Shown: one piece after another, positions 1 through 13,765 of the stretch
How positions within the stretch are numbered: position 1 is the first letter of the stretch
Layout: every line of letters begins with the position of its first letter
Source of the DNA: Rhodoluna sp.
GTDB taxonomy: Bacteria; Actinomycetota; Actinomycetes; Actinomycetales; Microbacteriaceae
Length of the DNA stretch: 64,000 nt
Assembly (NCBI GenBank): GCA_040402475.1
Contig: JBBAMM010000003.1
Coordinates: forward strand, 4,652-68,651
Direction: 5' to 3'
Translations under genes and position numbers: made by a program
The notes under the pieces: model-generated
The model's database searches: none
What the model was told of the DNA's origin: nothing
Seen by the model: only the letters and a program-made list of their open reading frames with translations

Positions 1-54
1 AAGTTCTCGCTGCCGGTTACAGGTTGGCGTGGACCCGAATCAACCGGGCAGTAA
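1..54 (+). CDS. nadK: NAD kinase, C-terminal end (partial)
   Basis: Frame 1 reads KFSLPVTGWRGPESTGQ*, matching the KFxLPVxGWRG C-terminus of actinobacterial NAD kinases; nadK-recN synteny. Confidence 0.8.
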   Translation, partial: KFSLPVTGWRGPESTGQ

Positions 55-75
55 ATAAGTTTCTAGGTCATAGCC

Positions 76-3503
<3,428 letters not shown>

Positions 3504-3512
3504 ATTAGGGCA

Positions 3513-4103
3513 ATGACTGAGAACGAAGAATTTCAACTCTCAGATCAACTCGGTCTAGGTAAAGATGCTGAAATCTCTTTAGAGCCAGCATTTATTGGGA
3601 AAATCTGGAACGTTGTTCGTAAGACTTTCAAATTCCAAGATGAAGTTCTGGTCAGAGAATTTATTGCCCACAGGGGAGCGGTAGCGGTCCTCGCTCTTAA
3701 TGAAAAAGATGAAGTCCTCCTAATCAAGCAGTATCGAGCACCAGTAAATGAATATCTCTATGAAATGCCAGCTGGTCTTAGAGACCATGATGGTGAAGAT
3801 GATTTAGTCGCTGCTAAACGAGAACTAGCGGAAGAAACCGATTATCAGGCAACTGATTGGTCTCACCTTCATTCCTTCTACACAACACCAGGTTCAAGCA
3901 GCGAAGTAATCGAGATCTTCCTTGCTAGAGGTTTATCTAAAACCGAAGTTGAGTTTGAACGAACCGGTGAGGAAAAAGGTATGGTGCCAATCTGGGTTCC
4001 TTTTGAAAAGGTGCTCAAAGCAGTATCTAGCTCAAAGCTAAAAAGCCCAACACTAGTTGTTGCTGTTCTTTCTCTTGCCGCTCAAAGAAATCAAAATGGC
4101 TAA
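3513..4103 (+). CDS. NUDIX hydrolase (ADP-ribose pyrophosphatase-like)
   Basis: Nudix box PAGLRD...AAKRELAEET; QYR motif; pyrG-nudix-xerD synteny. Confidence 0.92.
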   Translation: MTENEEFQLSDQLGLGKDAEISLEPAFIGKIWNVVRKTFKFQDEVLVREFIAHRGAVAVLALNEKDEVLLIKQYRAPVNEYLYEMPAGLRDHDGEDDLVAAKRELAEETDYQATDWSHLHSFYTTPGSSSEVIEIFLARGLSKTEVEFERTGEEKGMVPIWVPFEKVLKAVSSSKLKSPTLVVAVLSLAAQRNQNG

Positions 4104-5028
4104 CCTGCAATCAAATATCGATAGTTATCTAAGACATCTAACTATCGAACGAGGCATGGCCAAGAACACACTTCTTGCCTATCGCAGGGATTTAGCTCGA
4201 TACCAAGACTTCTTGGTAAGCCACAAAATTGAATCAGCTAACCAGATCACAGAGTTACTTGTCAGAGACTTCACCCAAAGATTAGTAACCGATAAGGGAA
4301 TGGTTGCAACTTCAGTTGCACGAATATTGGCTGCTGTCAGAGGGTTTCATAAGTTCATGCTCTTCGAGGGTATTTGTGAAAATGATGTGGCGGCTCAAGT
4401 AAAGCCTCCAAAAGCTCCGAGAAGATTGCCAAAGGCAATCTCTGTTTCAGAAATCGAAAGATTACTCAAGGCATCTGGTCCTGAACCAGATGACATTTCA
4501 GGTGTTGGCGCAGATTTAGTGCGAGTCAGAGATCGCGCAATCCTAGAACTTCTTTATGCCACCGGTGCTCGTGTTTCAGAGCTGGTAAACATCGACCTAG
4601 ATGACTTGATTGATCCTGAGATTATTCGACTTTTCGGTAAAGGCTCTAAAGAGCGGATAGTTCCAGTCGGTAGCTACGCTCAAAACGCGGTTCAGGCTTA
4701 TCTTGTCCGAGTTCGGCCATCGCTAGCCAGGTTAGCTAAGGGAACCCCAGCCCTTTTTTTGAATCAGCGGGGGTCAAGGCTTTCTAGGCAGAGCGTCTGG
4801 CAGATAATTTCGGATGCTGCCTTGGCAGCCAAGATTGAGCATGAAGTCTCACCGCACACCTTTAGGCATTCTTTTGCTACCCATCTTCTTGAAGGTGGGG
4901 CGGATGTTCGAGTGGTTCAGGAGCTCCTAGGGCATGCCTCTGTGGCTACCACCCAGATTTACACTTTGGTAACGGTAGATGCTCTAAGGGAGATCTATGC
5001 AACAGCCCACCCCCGTGCACAGCGGTAG
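4096..5028 (+). CDS. xerD: Site-specific tyrosine recombinase XerD
   Basis: RDRAILELLYATGARVSE, GKGSKER, HTFRHSFATH, LGH, TTQIYT, C-terminal HPRA. Confidence 0.96.
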   Translation: MANLQSNIDSYLRHLTIERGMAKNTLLAYRRDLARYQDFLVSHKIESANQITELLVRDFTQRLVTDKGMVATSVARILAAVRGFHKFMLFEGICENDVAAQVKPPKAPRRLPKAISVSEIERLLKASGPEPDDISGVGADLVRVRDRAILELLYATGARVSELVNIDLDDLIDPEIIRLFGKGSKERIVPVGSYAQNAVQAYLVRVRPSLARLAKGTPALFLNQRGSRLSRQSVWQIISDAALAAKIEHEVSPHTFRHSFATHLLEGGADVRVVQELLGHASVATTQIYTLVTVDALREIYATAHPRAQR

Positions 5029-5106
5029 GCTATAGGGGTAAAAGAACGTAAACATCGGCCTAAAGGCTGAAACTTACTGCTGTGAAGCCAGAGAGGAAAC
5101 CATTTC

Positions 5107-5940
5107 ATGTCAGATAAAAACTCAGACGCCAGGTTTCCAACCCCTAAACGTTTAACTAGCCATGGCCCAGCCAGAATCATTGCGCTTTGTAATCAAAAAG
5201 GTGGAGTTGGTAAAACAACCACCACAATCAATACCGCCGCAGCACTAGCTGAATACGGTCGCAAAGTGCTACTTGTTGACTTTGACCCACAGGGTGCACT
5301 TTCAAGAGGTCTTGGCGTTGTCAATGAAGATGTCAAAACTATTTATGACCTGATGTTAGATAGAAAACTCAAGGCAACTGATGTAATCGTTCACACCGAA
5401 GTTCCAGGCCTTGATCTGATTCCAGCAAACATTCAACTATCAGCAGCAGAAATTCAATTAGTTGCCGAACCGGGCAGAGAAAAGATTCTTGCTGGAGTTT
5501 TACGCCCAGTTCTAGGTGACTATGACTTAGTAATGATTGACTGCCAGCCATCGCTTGGTTTGCTCACTGTCAACGCGCTAACTGCTGCTCACGGTGTAAT
5601 GATTCCAGTTGCCTGTGATTACTTTGCTCTTAGAGGTTTGCAACTACTTATCGATAACACCGTTGAACTAGTCAGAGACAGACTGAATGAAGGCTTGAAA
5701 ATTGACGGCATTCTGGCAACCATGTTTGACCCTAGAACGCTGCACTCCAGAAACATGTTGAACCAGTTGTATGAAGACTATGGCGATTCTGTATTCAAGT
5801 CTGTAATCAAACTGACTGTTAAATTCAAAGACTCATCAGAGCAAGGTAGACCTGTAACACAGTTCGCTCCTACCTCAGAAGCTGCTGAACTTTACCGAGC
5901 AGTTGCTAGAGAGATGGTTGCACGTGGCTGCGCTCCATAA
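5107..5940 (+). CDS. ParA/Soj family ATPase (Rv1708/PldP-like)
   Basis: Deviant Walker A NQKGGVGKTT, DFDPQG, DCQPSLG; position between xerD and scpA. Confidence 0.93.
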   Translation: MSDKNSDARFPTPKRLTSHGPARIIALCNQKGGVGKTTTTINTAAALAEYGRKVLLVDFDPQGALSRGLGVVNEDVKTIYDLMLDRKLKATDVIVHTEVPGLDLIPANIQLSAAEIQLVAEPGREKILAGVLRPVLGDYDLVMIDCQPSLGLLTVNALTAAHGVMIPVACDYFALRGLQLLIDNTVELVRDRLNEGLKIDGILATMFDPRTLHSRNMLNQLYEDYGDSVFKSVIKLTVKFKDSSEQGRPVTQFAPTSEAAELYRAVAREMVARGCAP

Positions 5941-6742
5941 AGATGATGAAGATCTAACTGGCTCTGGTTTCTCACTTAACATCGGTAACTTTGAGGGTCC
6001 GTTCGATTTATTACTTTCACTTATTTCTAAGCACCAGTTAGATGTCACATCTATCTCATTGAGTGAAGTGACCAAAGACTTCATCGCTTATGTTCGAACT
6101 CTTGAAGAAGCAGATCAATTAGATGAGGCCAGTGAATTCCTGGTAGTGGCGGCAACTTTGCTTGATCTAAAGATTGCTGAACTGCTACCTAAGGGTGAAG
6201 TGGTTGACCCAGAAGATGTTGCACTACTTGAAGCGCGTGATTTATTGTTTGCACGCTTACTGCAATACCGTGCCTTCAAAGATATCTCGGCTTGGTTTCA
6301 GAATGCTATATCTCTTGAAACTAGAAGGGTTTACCGTTCTGTAAGACTTGAAGAGCGATTTAGACAACAACAGCCTGAGCTGATTTGGACTGTTAGCCTT
6401 CAGGACTTCGCCAGATTGGCTGAAGAGACTATGACTCCTCGTGAAATACCTATGGTTGGTTTGAGTCACATTCACACTGCTCGAATCTCTATTCGCGAAC
6501 AAGCAGCTGAAGTGGTTTCAATGCTTCGATCCGCTACGACTTTGACTTTCCGTGAACTGATTTCATCAATTAGAGATAGAGCAATTCTCGTCGCCCGTTT
6601 TATTTCAATTCTTGAGCTTTACCGGCTTGGAGCAGTTAGCTTCGAGCAAAATGAATCACTGGGTCCACTGCTTATCACTTGGCGAGCAGAAGACTTTGAT
6701 GAATCACAACTATCTGCACTAGGAGCCGACTATGACTCTTGA
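5924..6742 (+). CDS. scpA: Segregation and condensation protein A (kleisin)
   Basis: FEGPFDLLLSLI, FLVVAATLLDLK, ARFISILELYR; GTG start at 5924 chosen. Confidence 0.94.
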   Translation: MAALHKDDEDLTGSGFSLNIGNFEGPFDLLLSLISKHQLDVTSISLSEVTKDFIAYVRTLEEADQLDEASEFLVVAATLLDLKIAELLPKGEVVDPEDVALLEARDLLFARLLQYRAFKDISAWFQNAISLETRRVYRSVRLEERFRQQQPELIWTVSLQDFARLAEETMTPREIPMVGLSHIHTARISIREQAAEVVSMLRSATTLTFRELISSIRDRAILVARFISILELYRLGAVSFEQNESLGPLLITWRAEDFDESQLSALGADYDS

Positions 6743-7376
6743 TAATCAAGATCAAACACAACAGAGCACTCAAGACCCGAGAGAGAACTTTGCTCTTGGA
6801 GAACCAATTGACTCAACAGCTCTGCAGGGTGCGATAGAAGCAATCTTGATGGTTGCTGAAGTTCCGCTATCTCTTGTTCACTTAGCGACTTCTCTTGATA
6901 TGCCTGTAGCGGATGTCAAAGAAGCAGTACACGCGGTGAAAGCTGACTTTGATGGAGCCAATGGCTCACGTCCTAGAGGCTTTGAACTTCGCGAAGTCGG
7001 TGGCGGTTGGCGAGTATTCGTAAGAGAAGACTTCGAATGGGCTGTTAGAGAATTTATCTCCAATGAAAACCCAACTAAGTTATCTCAAGCTGCTTTAGAG
7101 ACCTTGGCTGTTATTGCTTACCGGCAACCAATCGCTAGAGGACAGATTGCTTCTATTCGTGGAGTGAACGTTGACACAGTCGTTAGAACTTTGCTTAGCA
7201 GGGGACTGATTACCGAAGTATTCACCGATAGCGAGACCGGTGCCATCAACTATGGCACCACGGAAACTTTCTTAGAGACTCTAGGCATCAATGCGCTAGA
7301 TGACCTACCACTAATTAGCCCATACCTACCTGATGCCAATTCAGAATTTGGTACCGACAGTTCTGCAGGCAACTAA
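6732..7376 (+). CDS. scpB: SMC-Scp complex subunit ScpB
   Basis: LSQAALETLAVIAYRQP, RGVNVD, YGTTETFL. Confidence 0.96.
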   Translation: MTLDNQDQTQQSTQDPRENFALGEPIDSTALQGAIEAILMVAEVPLSLVHLATSLDMPVADVKEAVHAVKADFDGANGSRPRGFELREVGGGWRVFVREDFEWAVREFISNENPTKLSQAALETLAVIAYRQPIARGQIASIRGVNVDTVVRTLLSRGLITEVFTDSETGAINYGTTETFLETLGINALDDLPLISPYLPDANSEFGTDSSAGN

Positions 7377-7378
7377 TC

Positions 7379-8197
7379 ATGAGTGAATCAACCGAAGGCG
7401 TTCGCCTTCAAAAAGTGCTTGCCAATGCTGGCGTAGCCTCGAGAAGAGCCAGCGAAGACCTGATTACTGCTGGTGCAGTGAAAGTAAACGGCAAGGTAGT
7501 TAAGGAACTCGGCACCAGGATAAATCCAGAGCATGACAAGGTAACTGTACGTGGAACTCCTATCCAGCTTGATGCAAGTCGGGTATACATGGCACTGAAT
7601 AAGCCTGTTGGTGTTATCTCATCGATGGCTGATGAATACGGCAGACCCGACCTAAGCCAATATGCTCTGCGCTCAGATCGTATTTACAACGTAGGCAGGT
7701 TGGACGCCGATACTTCTGGACTGCTCATTCTTACCAACGATGGTGAACTAGCTAACATGTTGGCTCATCCGAAGTTTGGTGTTACCAAGACATACATCGC
7801 TAAGGTCGAAGGTTTAGTTTCTGCTCAAGAGATTAACAAGTTGCTCTCTGGTTTGGAACTAGAAGATGGACCGATGAAAGCCGATAAGGCTTTGTTAGTT
7901 GACTCAAATGCTTTTGAATCCTTGGTTGAGATTGTTATTCACTCAGGCAAGAACAGAGTTGTTAGAAGAATGTTCGAAGCTCTAGGTCATCCTGTGAAAG
8001 ATCTAGTCAGAAGACAGTTCGGCCCTGTTCATCTAGGTCCACTAAAGCCCGGTCAAACCAGACTGCTCAGTAAAATTGAGGTAGGCGCATTACTAAAGTC
8101 AGCCGAAGGTAAACAGACCAGAGCACCAAGACCTGCAAAGTCCAAAGTCGGGCAACAGAGAAAAACAAATCCGAGAGGACGAACAAGTGGCACTTAG
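7379..8197 (+). CDS. rluB: rRNA pseudouridine synthase (RluB/RsuA family)
   Basis: S4 domain RLQKVLANAGVASRR, NKPVG, GRLD catalytic motif. Confidence 0.9.
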   Translation: MSESTEGVRLQKVLANAGVASRRASEDLITAGAVKVNGKVVKELGTRINPEHDKVTVRGTPIQLDASRVYMALNKPVGVISSMADEYGRPDLSQYALRSDRIYNVGRLDADTSGLLILTNDGELANMLAHPKFGVTKTYIAKVEGLVSAQEINKLLSGLELEDGPMKADKALLVDSNAFESLVEIVIHSGKNRVVRRMFEALGHPVKDLVRRQFGPVHLGPLKPGQTRLLSKIEVGALLKSAEGKQTRAPRPAKSKVGQQRKTNPRGRTSGT

Positions 8198-8549
8198 AGC
8201 TATTCGTGGAGCAATCCAACTTGATTCTGATGAGCGTGAGCACCTACTAAAGCTAACCGCTGAGCTTCTGGCCAAGATGATGCATGCCAACAACATGCAT
8301 ACTGACCAGCTTGTTTCTATTTTGTTTACTGCGACCCCAGACATTACTTCTGAGTTCCCAGCTCTTGCTGCTAGAGAACTTGGTTTAGGGGATGTCCCAT
8401 TGATGTGTTTTGTTGAGATGAACGTTAAAGGTGCTCTTCCTCGAATTGTTCGAGTCATGATCAATGCAGAGCTAGATGTGAGCCGAGCAGAAGTTCAGCA
8501 TGTTTACCTAAGAGGTGCAACAGCGCTTCGATTGGATATCGCTCAGTGA
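8187..8549 (+). CDS. aroH: Chorismate mutase, AroH class
   Basis: RAIRGA, FTATPDI.SEFPA, VYLRGA..LR.D. Confidence 0.93.
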   Translation: MALRAIRGAIQLDSDEREHLLKLTAELLAKMMHANNMHTDQLVSILFTATPDITSEFPALAARELGLGDVPLMCFVEMNVKGALPRIVRVMINAELDVSRAEVQHVYLRGATALRLDIAQ

Positions 8550-9628
8550 GTTCAAGAACCTCAGGCCAGGTTCATATCATTGGGTCAGGCTTACTAGGCA
8601 CCAGCATCGGGTTGGCACTTACCAACCTGGGTGTTGACGTATCTTTGGAAGATTCTTCCCCTGCGGTACTTTCACTGGCTAAAGATTTCGGTGCGGGACG
8701 TGCACTTGCTTCTGAAGACAAAGTTGCGCTCGTAGTTGTCTGTGTTCCACCTGATGTTGCAGCTGAAACTATTTCGGCAGCAATCAAGAGATTCCCTGAT
8801 GCAGTAGTAACAGATGTCGCCAGCGTGAAATCAAGCATCTTGAATGAAATCACAGCTAGTGGTTCAGATTTATCTCACTACGTTGGATCACACCCAATGG
8901 CAGGTAGAGAAAAAGGTGGAGCGCTATCAGGTCGACCAGATCTCTTCGTTGGTCGTCCTTGGGTTATCACAGTCGAAGATAATACTTCAACGCAAGCAGT
9001 CAGCATTGTTGAGAACTTAGCCCTAGATCTTGGTGCTACTCCAATCAGAATGACAGCACAGGAACATGACCACGCTGTTGCGCTCATATCTCATGCGCCG
9101 CAAGTGATCTCTAGTTTGCTAGCTGCAAGACTCTCTGTTGCAGATGATTCAGATTTAGCTTTGGCAGGTCAAGGAGTAAGAGACACCACGAGAATTGCAG
9201 CTAGCGATCCAAAGCTTTGGCTTCAAATACTCTCAGCTAATGCAAGTGAACTCTTACCTGTTCTAAAGGATTTTGAAACTGACCTTGCAACAGTTATTCA
9301 TTCGCTGGAACAAGTAAATTCAGCAGGTTCCTTGGCTAATTTAGGTAAAGCGCTTGAAGCAGGTAACCAGGGCATCGCCAGACTGCCAGGTAAGCATGGA
9401 TCTAGAAATACTGCATATGCTCAGGTTGTTGTGATGATTGATGACAGGCCAGGTGAACTTGCACGTTTACTAACTGAAGTTGGTGCTGCTGGACTAAACC
9501 TCGAAGACCTAAAACTAGATCACGCTACTGGTGCTCAAGTTGGTCTTGTTGAGTTAGCTGTTCTTCCAACTATTGAAGCCAAATTGGTTGAAACTTTGAA
9601 GTCAAATGGCTGGCGTCTGGCGGGCTAA
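8546..9628 (+). CDS. tyrA: Prephenate dehydrogenase with C-terminal ACT domain
   Basis: GSGLLG Rossmann, DVASVK, HPMAG.E, HDHAVALISHAP, RDTTRIA, DDRPGELA ACT. Confidence 0.93.
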   Translation: MSSRTSGQVHIIGSGLLGTSIGLALTNLGVDVSLEDSSPAVLSLAKDFGAGRALASEDKVALVVVCVPPDVAAETISAAIKRFPDAVVTDVASVKSSILNEITASGSDLSHYVGSHPMAGREKGGALSGRPDLFVGRPWVITVEDNTSTQAVSIVENLALDLGATPIRMTAQEHDHAVALISHAPQVISSLLAARLSVADDSDLALAGQGVRDTTRIAASDPKLWLQILSANASELLPVLKDFETDLATVIHSLEQVNSAGSLANLGKALEAGNQGIARLPGKHGSRNTAYAQVVVMIDDRPGELARLLTEVGAAGLNLEDLKLDHATGAQVGLVELAVLPTIEAKLVETLKSNGWRLAG

Positions 9629-10273
9629 ATGCAAATCATTGCAATAGATGGCCCAGCAGGGTCAGGTAAATCGAGCGTTAGCAAAGCTGTTGCCAAAGAG
9701 CTAGGTTTTGGCTATCTCGATACTGGAGCTGCCTATCGAGCGCTAACCTGGGCAGTGCTAAACCAGGGGCTTGAGGTTGCAAAAGTCTCGGCTGAAGAGA
9801 TAGCAAAGAACTTCGATTACTCAATCTCACTAGACCCAGCTAATTACTGGGTCAAAGTAGGGGGATTAGACCTAACCTATGAGATCCGCTTGGCTTCAGT
9901 TGGGGAGGCAGTCAGTCAGTTCGCCAGCTTGCCACAGGTGCGTGAGCACATGCACTTAATGACTAAGGAATTAGTCCAGGCATCAGGTTTGGCAGGAGTA
10001 GTCGTTGAGGGAAGAGATATCACCACAGCTGTGTTCCCTGAGGCCCAAAAAAGAATTCTGCTAACTGCCAGCGAAGAAGTTAGACTAGTTAGACGTTCCG
10101 CAGAACTGCCAGAAGGCACATCGATTGCCGATCAAGTTACCAAACGCGACCAAAATGACTCGAAAGTTGTTGACTTTCTTGTGCCCGCGGCTGGTGTTCA
10201 TTTAGTGGACTCAACGGAATTAGATTTTGATTCAACAGTTAAGGCGATTATCGCTTTGATTGCTAAAGATTAG
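9629..10273 (+). CDS. cmk: Cytidylate kinase
   Basis: IAIDGPAGSGKS, DTGAAYR, EGRDI. Confidence 0.96.
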   Translation: MQIIAIDGPAGSGKSSVSKAVAKELGFGYLDTGAAYRALTWAVLNQGLEVAKVSAEEIAKNFDYSISLDPANYWVKVGGLDLTYEIRLASVGEAVSQFASLPQVREHMHLMTKELVQASGLAGVVVEGRDITTAVFPEAQKRILLTASEEVRLVRRSAELPEGTSIADQVTKRDQNDSKVVDFLVPAAGVHLVDSTELDFDSTVKAIIALIAKD

Positions 10274-10285
10274 GTAGAGGTAAAC

Positions 10286-11794
10286 ATGGATGAGCAGGAT
10301 TTCAACGCAGAAGCAGTTGATCCAGAGTTTCTCGAACGCCTAAATTCCATTTCTTCTGAAGAAGAAGAGGCCCGAGTTCGAGCACTTCGTGTTGGTCTTG
10401 AAGACTATGAACTAGACGAAGAAGACATCGAAGTTCTAGAAGAGATGGGCATTGCCGAAGGCAAACCTATCCTCATGCCAGCGCTACCTGTTTTGGCTAT
10501 CGTAGGTCGTCCTAACGTAGGTAAATCAGCACTGGTCAACCGAATCATCGGTAGACGTGAAGCCGTAGTTGAAGATAAGCCAGGGGTAACAAGAGACAGA
10601 GTTTCTTATAAGGCTGAATGGAATGGTCGCAAATACACTTTGGTAGATACCGGTGGTTGGGAACCAGATGCCAAGGGAATTGATAAGTCTGTTGCTATTC
10701 AAGCTGAAATCGCAGTTGACCTAGCTGATGCAGTTCTTTTCGTAGTTGATTCAACTGTTGGACCAACTGCAACCGATGAGCGTGTTGTGAAGATGCTCAG
10801 AGCAAGCAAGAAGCCTGTTCTACTACTTGCCAACAAAGTAGATGACGAAAGAGGTGAAGCAGATGCTGCTTCACTATGGTCACTTGGGCTAGGGGAGCCA
10901 CATCCAGTTTCAGCTTTGCATGGTCGAGGCGTAGCCGATGTTTTAGACAAGGTAATGGAAGTTCTTCCTGAAGTATCTGCTGTTGCTAAGCAAGAATTTG
11001 GTGGCCCTAGAAGAATTGCAATTATTGGTCGACCTAACGTAGGTAAGTCTTCTCTGCTAAACAAGGCAGTTGGTTCTGAACGTGCTGTTGTTAACGATCT
11101 TGCTGGAACAACCAGAGACCCGATCGATGAGCAGGTTGAATTAGGCGGCAAGGTTTGGCGCTTTATCGACACCGCCGGTATCAGAAGAAGAATCCATCTA
11201 GCTCAAGGTGCTGACTTTTATGCATCGCTTAGAACAGCTGCTGCACTTGAAAGAGCTGAAGTTGCTGTTGTCGTGTTGGATGTTACAGAGAAGATTTCTG
11301 AAGGTGACATTCGTATTGTTGACATGGCTTTAGAGTCAGGCCGAGCAATTGTTCTAGCGTTCAATAAGTGGGACAACCTTGATGAAGATAGACGCGAATA
11401 CTTAGAGCGTGAGATTGAACAAGATCTTGCTCACGTTGACTGGGCACCAAGAGTAAACATTTCAGCTAAAACTGGTCGTCACTTAGAAAAGCTCGTTCCT
11501 GCGCTGGAAGTTGCTCTTGATTCTTGGGACACTCGAATCCCAACTGGCAAGCTTAACGCCTTCATCCAAGAATTGGCCATGGAATTCCCGCACCCAGTTC
11601 GTGGCGGTAAGCAACCTCGTATCCTGTTTGCCACTCAGGCAAGCACAAGACCTCCTAAGTTTGTGCTGTTCACAACCGGTTTCCTAGACCCTGGTTACCG
11701 CAGATTCATTGTTAGAAGACTGCGTGAAACCTATGGTTTCGAAGGCTCTCCGGTTGAAATCGGCATGCGCGTAAGAGAAAAGCGCAAGCGTTAA
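10286..11794 (+). CDS. der: Ribosome biogenesis GTPase Der (EngA)
   Basis: Two GRPNVGKS G1 motifs, two NKxD motifs, KH-like C-terminus; acidic N-terminal extension. Confidence 0.98.
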   Translation: MDEQDFNAEAVDPEFLERLNSISSEEEEARVRALRVGLEDYELDEEDIEVLEEMGIAEGKPILMPALPVLAIVGRPNVGKSALVNRIIGRREAVVEDKPGVTRDRVSYKAEWNGRKYTLVDTGGWEPDAKGIDKSVAIQAEIAVDLADAVLFVVDSTVGPTATDERVVKMLRASKKPVLLLANKVDDERGEADAASLWSLGLGEPHPVSALHGRGVADVLDKVMEVLPEVSAVAKQEFGGPRRIAIIGRPNVGKSSLLNKAVGSERAVVNDLAGTTRDPIDEQVELGGKVWRFIDTAGIRRRIHLAQGADFYASLRTAAALERAEVAVVVLDVTEKISEGDIRIVDMALESGRAIVLAFNKWDNLDEDRREYLEREIEQDLAHVDWAPRVNISAKTGRHLEKLVPALEVALDSWDTRIPTGKLNAFIQELAMEFPHPVRGGKQPRILFATQASTRPPKFVLFTTGFLDPGYRRFIVRRLRETYGFEGSPVEIGMRVREKRKR

Positions 11795-11805
11795 TATTTA
11801 CTTCA

Positions 11806-11879
11806 CGGGCTATAGCGCAGCTTGGTAGCGCACTTGGCTGGGGGCCAAGGGGCCGTGGGTTCAAATCCCGCTAGCCCGA
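11806..11879 (+). tRNA. tRNA-Pro (GGG)
   Basis: Acceptor CGGGCTA/TAGCCCG, anticodon stem CTTGG/CCAAG with loop CTGGGGG, T-loop GTTCAAATC; CCA not encoded. Confidence 0.96.
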
Positions 11880-11909
11880 CGGCTAAAACGAAACTAGAAT
11901 CAGGTAATC

Positions 11910-12530
11910 ATGGCAGAGAGCAACCTCCAACTAAGCGACAAGGTCTTTACCTGGCCTAACGCGCTTAGCGGTTTGCGCTTGTTGCTGGTGCCAGTGTTCT
12001 TATGGCTAATTCTGATTGATCAAAACTTGCTCGCTTTTGCAGTGCTGGCATTTTCTAGCTTTACTGACTGGCTTGATGGGTTCTTGGCTAGAAAACTAAA
12101 TCAGATGTCTCGGTTGGGTCAACTTCTTGACCCTGCAGCTGATCGTTTGTTCATCTTCGCTTCTCTTATTGGCCTTGCGATGACCGATAAAGTTCCATGG
12201 TGGCTGGTTGTGGCAGTCGTAGGTAGAGATGTTCTATTGTTCTTCACCTTGCCATTTTTAGCCCAAGTTGGCTATGGACCGCTGCCAGTAAATTACACCG
12301 GTAAGGCGGGAACCTTTGCTCTGCTCTATGCCTTCCCACTTTTGCTCCTGCCTGAAGTATTGCCTGAGCAGGCAGCTGTGATCGTCTATCCAATTGCCTG
12401 GGCTTTTGCCTTTTGGGGTATCTGGCTCTACTGGTGGACCTGTGGGATCTATTTACTTCAGGTTTATAACATCAGGAAATTGGCTAGGTCTTCCTCAGGT
12501 ATTCTTTTAAGCGAAGAGGAGCGCAATTGA
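11910..12530 (+). CDS. CDP-alcohol phosphatidyltransferase (PgsA2-like)
   Basis: PNALS..R, DWLDGFLAR...G.LLDP.AD signature; hydrophobic. Confidence 0.93.
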   Translation: MAESNLQLSDKVFTWPNALSGLRLLLVPVFLWLILIDQNLLAFAVLAFSSFTDWLDGFLARKLNQMSRLGQLLDPAADRLFIFASLIGLAMTDKVPWWLVVAVVGRDVLLFFTLPFLAQVGYGPLPVNYTGKAGTFALLYAFPLLLLPEVLPEQAAVIVYPIAWAFAFWGIWLYWWTCGIYLLQVYNIRKLARSSSGILLSEEERN

Positions 12531-12964
12531 ACGAGTTAGCTAATGGCCCAGCATCTGGCGATGAAATCGAGTCAACTCGTAAATTTGACGAAGACCTAAT
12601 TGACTCAGAACAAGACTCACTTTCCGATGAGGAACAGGCTGCTGTTGACGCGCTACCTGCAGGTAATGCGCTTCTAATCGTTCGACGTGGGCCTAATAAA
12701 GGTGCTCGATTCTTACTTGATGCAGATCTAGTTACCGTTGGCAGACACCCAAATGCAGACATCTTCTTAGACGATGTAACAGTCTCTAGAAGACATGCTG
12801 AAATCTCTAGAAGCGCTGGAGTATTCACAGTAAAAGACTTAGCTTCACTCAATGGCACTTATCTTGCTGGCGCAAGAGTTGAATCTGCTGCTCTAACTAA
12901 CAGCAGTGAACTTCAGGTTGGTAAATATCACTTCACTTTTTACGCTTCGAAGAAAGACAGCTAG
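12527..12964 (+). CDS. garA: FHA-domain protein (GarA/OdhI-like)
   Basis: GRHP.ADIFLDDVTVSRRHA, SLNGTY, QVGKY; Rv1827-like position. Confidence 0.88.
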   Translation: MNELANGPASGDEIESTRKFDEDLIDSEQDSLSDEEQAAVDALPAGNALLIVRRGPNKGARFLLDADLVTVGRHPNADIFLDDVTVSRRHAEISRSAGVFTVKDLASLNGTYLAGARVESAALTNSSELQVGKYHFTFYASKKDS

Positions 12965-12971
12965 GTAGATC

Positions 12972-13655
12972 ATGGCAGTCAACGAAGCAACGAGTTTATT
13001 CGCACCTAGACCAGGTAAGTTACACACCATTGGTCGTGTAATCGAAATCCTAAAATCTGATTTTCCAGACTTGTCACCTTCAAAGATTCGCTTCTTAGAA
13101 GAGCAGGGTTTGGTAAATCCACTCAGAACTGATTCTGGCTATCGTAAATACTCTGAAGCAGATATCGATCGAGTGAAACTGATTCTCGAATTGCAGAGAG
13201 ATAAATTCTTACCGCTAAAAGTTATTCGCTCTTACTTAGATGACTTAGATGCAGGCAAGCAGCCATCACTTCCAACTGGAACAAGACGACCAAGCGTTAA
13301 TCGCAAGTTTTCAAAGCTAGAACTTATTGCTGAATCAGGTATCAATGAAACTTTGCTAGCTGAAGCACAGGCAAATGCCTTGATTGGTGTTGAGCCATTC
13401 GAATACAGCGATATTGAGATTGCCAGATCTCTGATGCAGCTTCAGCGCTTCGGTATTTCAGCCAGGCACCTTCGTGGCATCAAGACTGCTGCAGATCGTG
13501 ACCTTGGTCTGATTCAAGGTGTCGTAGCCAGCGTCAAAAAGCAACGAGATCCAGCAGCAAAGTCCCGTGCAGCAGCCTATGCAGCCGAGATTGAAGCGCA
13601 ATTTGCCAATATTCGATCTGAGCTAATCCGCTCCGTTATCGACAAAATTGACTAA
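12972..13655 (+). CDS. MerR-family regulator (Rv1828/FtsR-like)
   Basis: FPDLSPSKIRFLEEQGL, RTDSGYRKY, LPLKVIR; follows garA. Confidence 0.88.
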   Translation: MAVNEATSLFAPRPGKLHTIGRVIEILKSDFPDLSPSKIRFLEEQGLVNPLRTDSGYRKYSEADIDRVKLILELQRDKFLPLKVIRSYLDDLDAGKQPSLPTGTRRPSVNRKFSKLELIAESGINETLLAEAQANALIGVEPFEYSDIEIARSLMQLQRFGISARHLRGIKTAADRDLGLIQGVVASVKKQRDPAAKSRAAAYAAEIEAQFANIRSELIRSVIDKID

Positions 13656-13657
13656 CG

Positions 13658-13666
13658 CGACACGCC
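13658..13666 (+). promoter_or_regulatory. CGACACGCC, WhiA-type GACAC box
   Basis: Intergenic; same motif upstream of mraZ and ftsZ. Confidence 0.5.
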
Positions 13667-13720
13667 GAAGAAGAATATTAACTGCCCTTAGTCGTAGGTA
13701 GCAGCAAGAATTAAGAAAAG

Positions 13721-13739
13721 GTTCAAGGTCTACTTGAAC
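13721..13739. promoter_or_regulatory. Inverted repeat GTTCAAG-N5-CTTGAAC, candidate MerR/FtsR operator
   Basis: Perfect 7-bp arms upstream of the second MerR gene; reverse complement resembles the ftsZ upstream site. Confidence 0.55.
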
Positions 13740-13765
13740 TTTATGAATATTGAGAGGAGGCCAGC

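Noticed and set aside
4096-5940. Tyrosine recombinase plus ParA as an integrated plasmid or phage
   Set aside because: Sequence and pyrG-nudix-xerD-parA-scpAB synteny are standard chromosomal features; no att repeats seen
11806-11909. tRNA-Pro as an island integration site
   Set aside because: Core pgsA2 follows 30 nt later; no integrase or duplicated tRNA 3' end noticed
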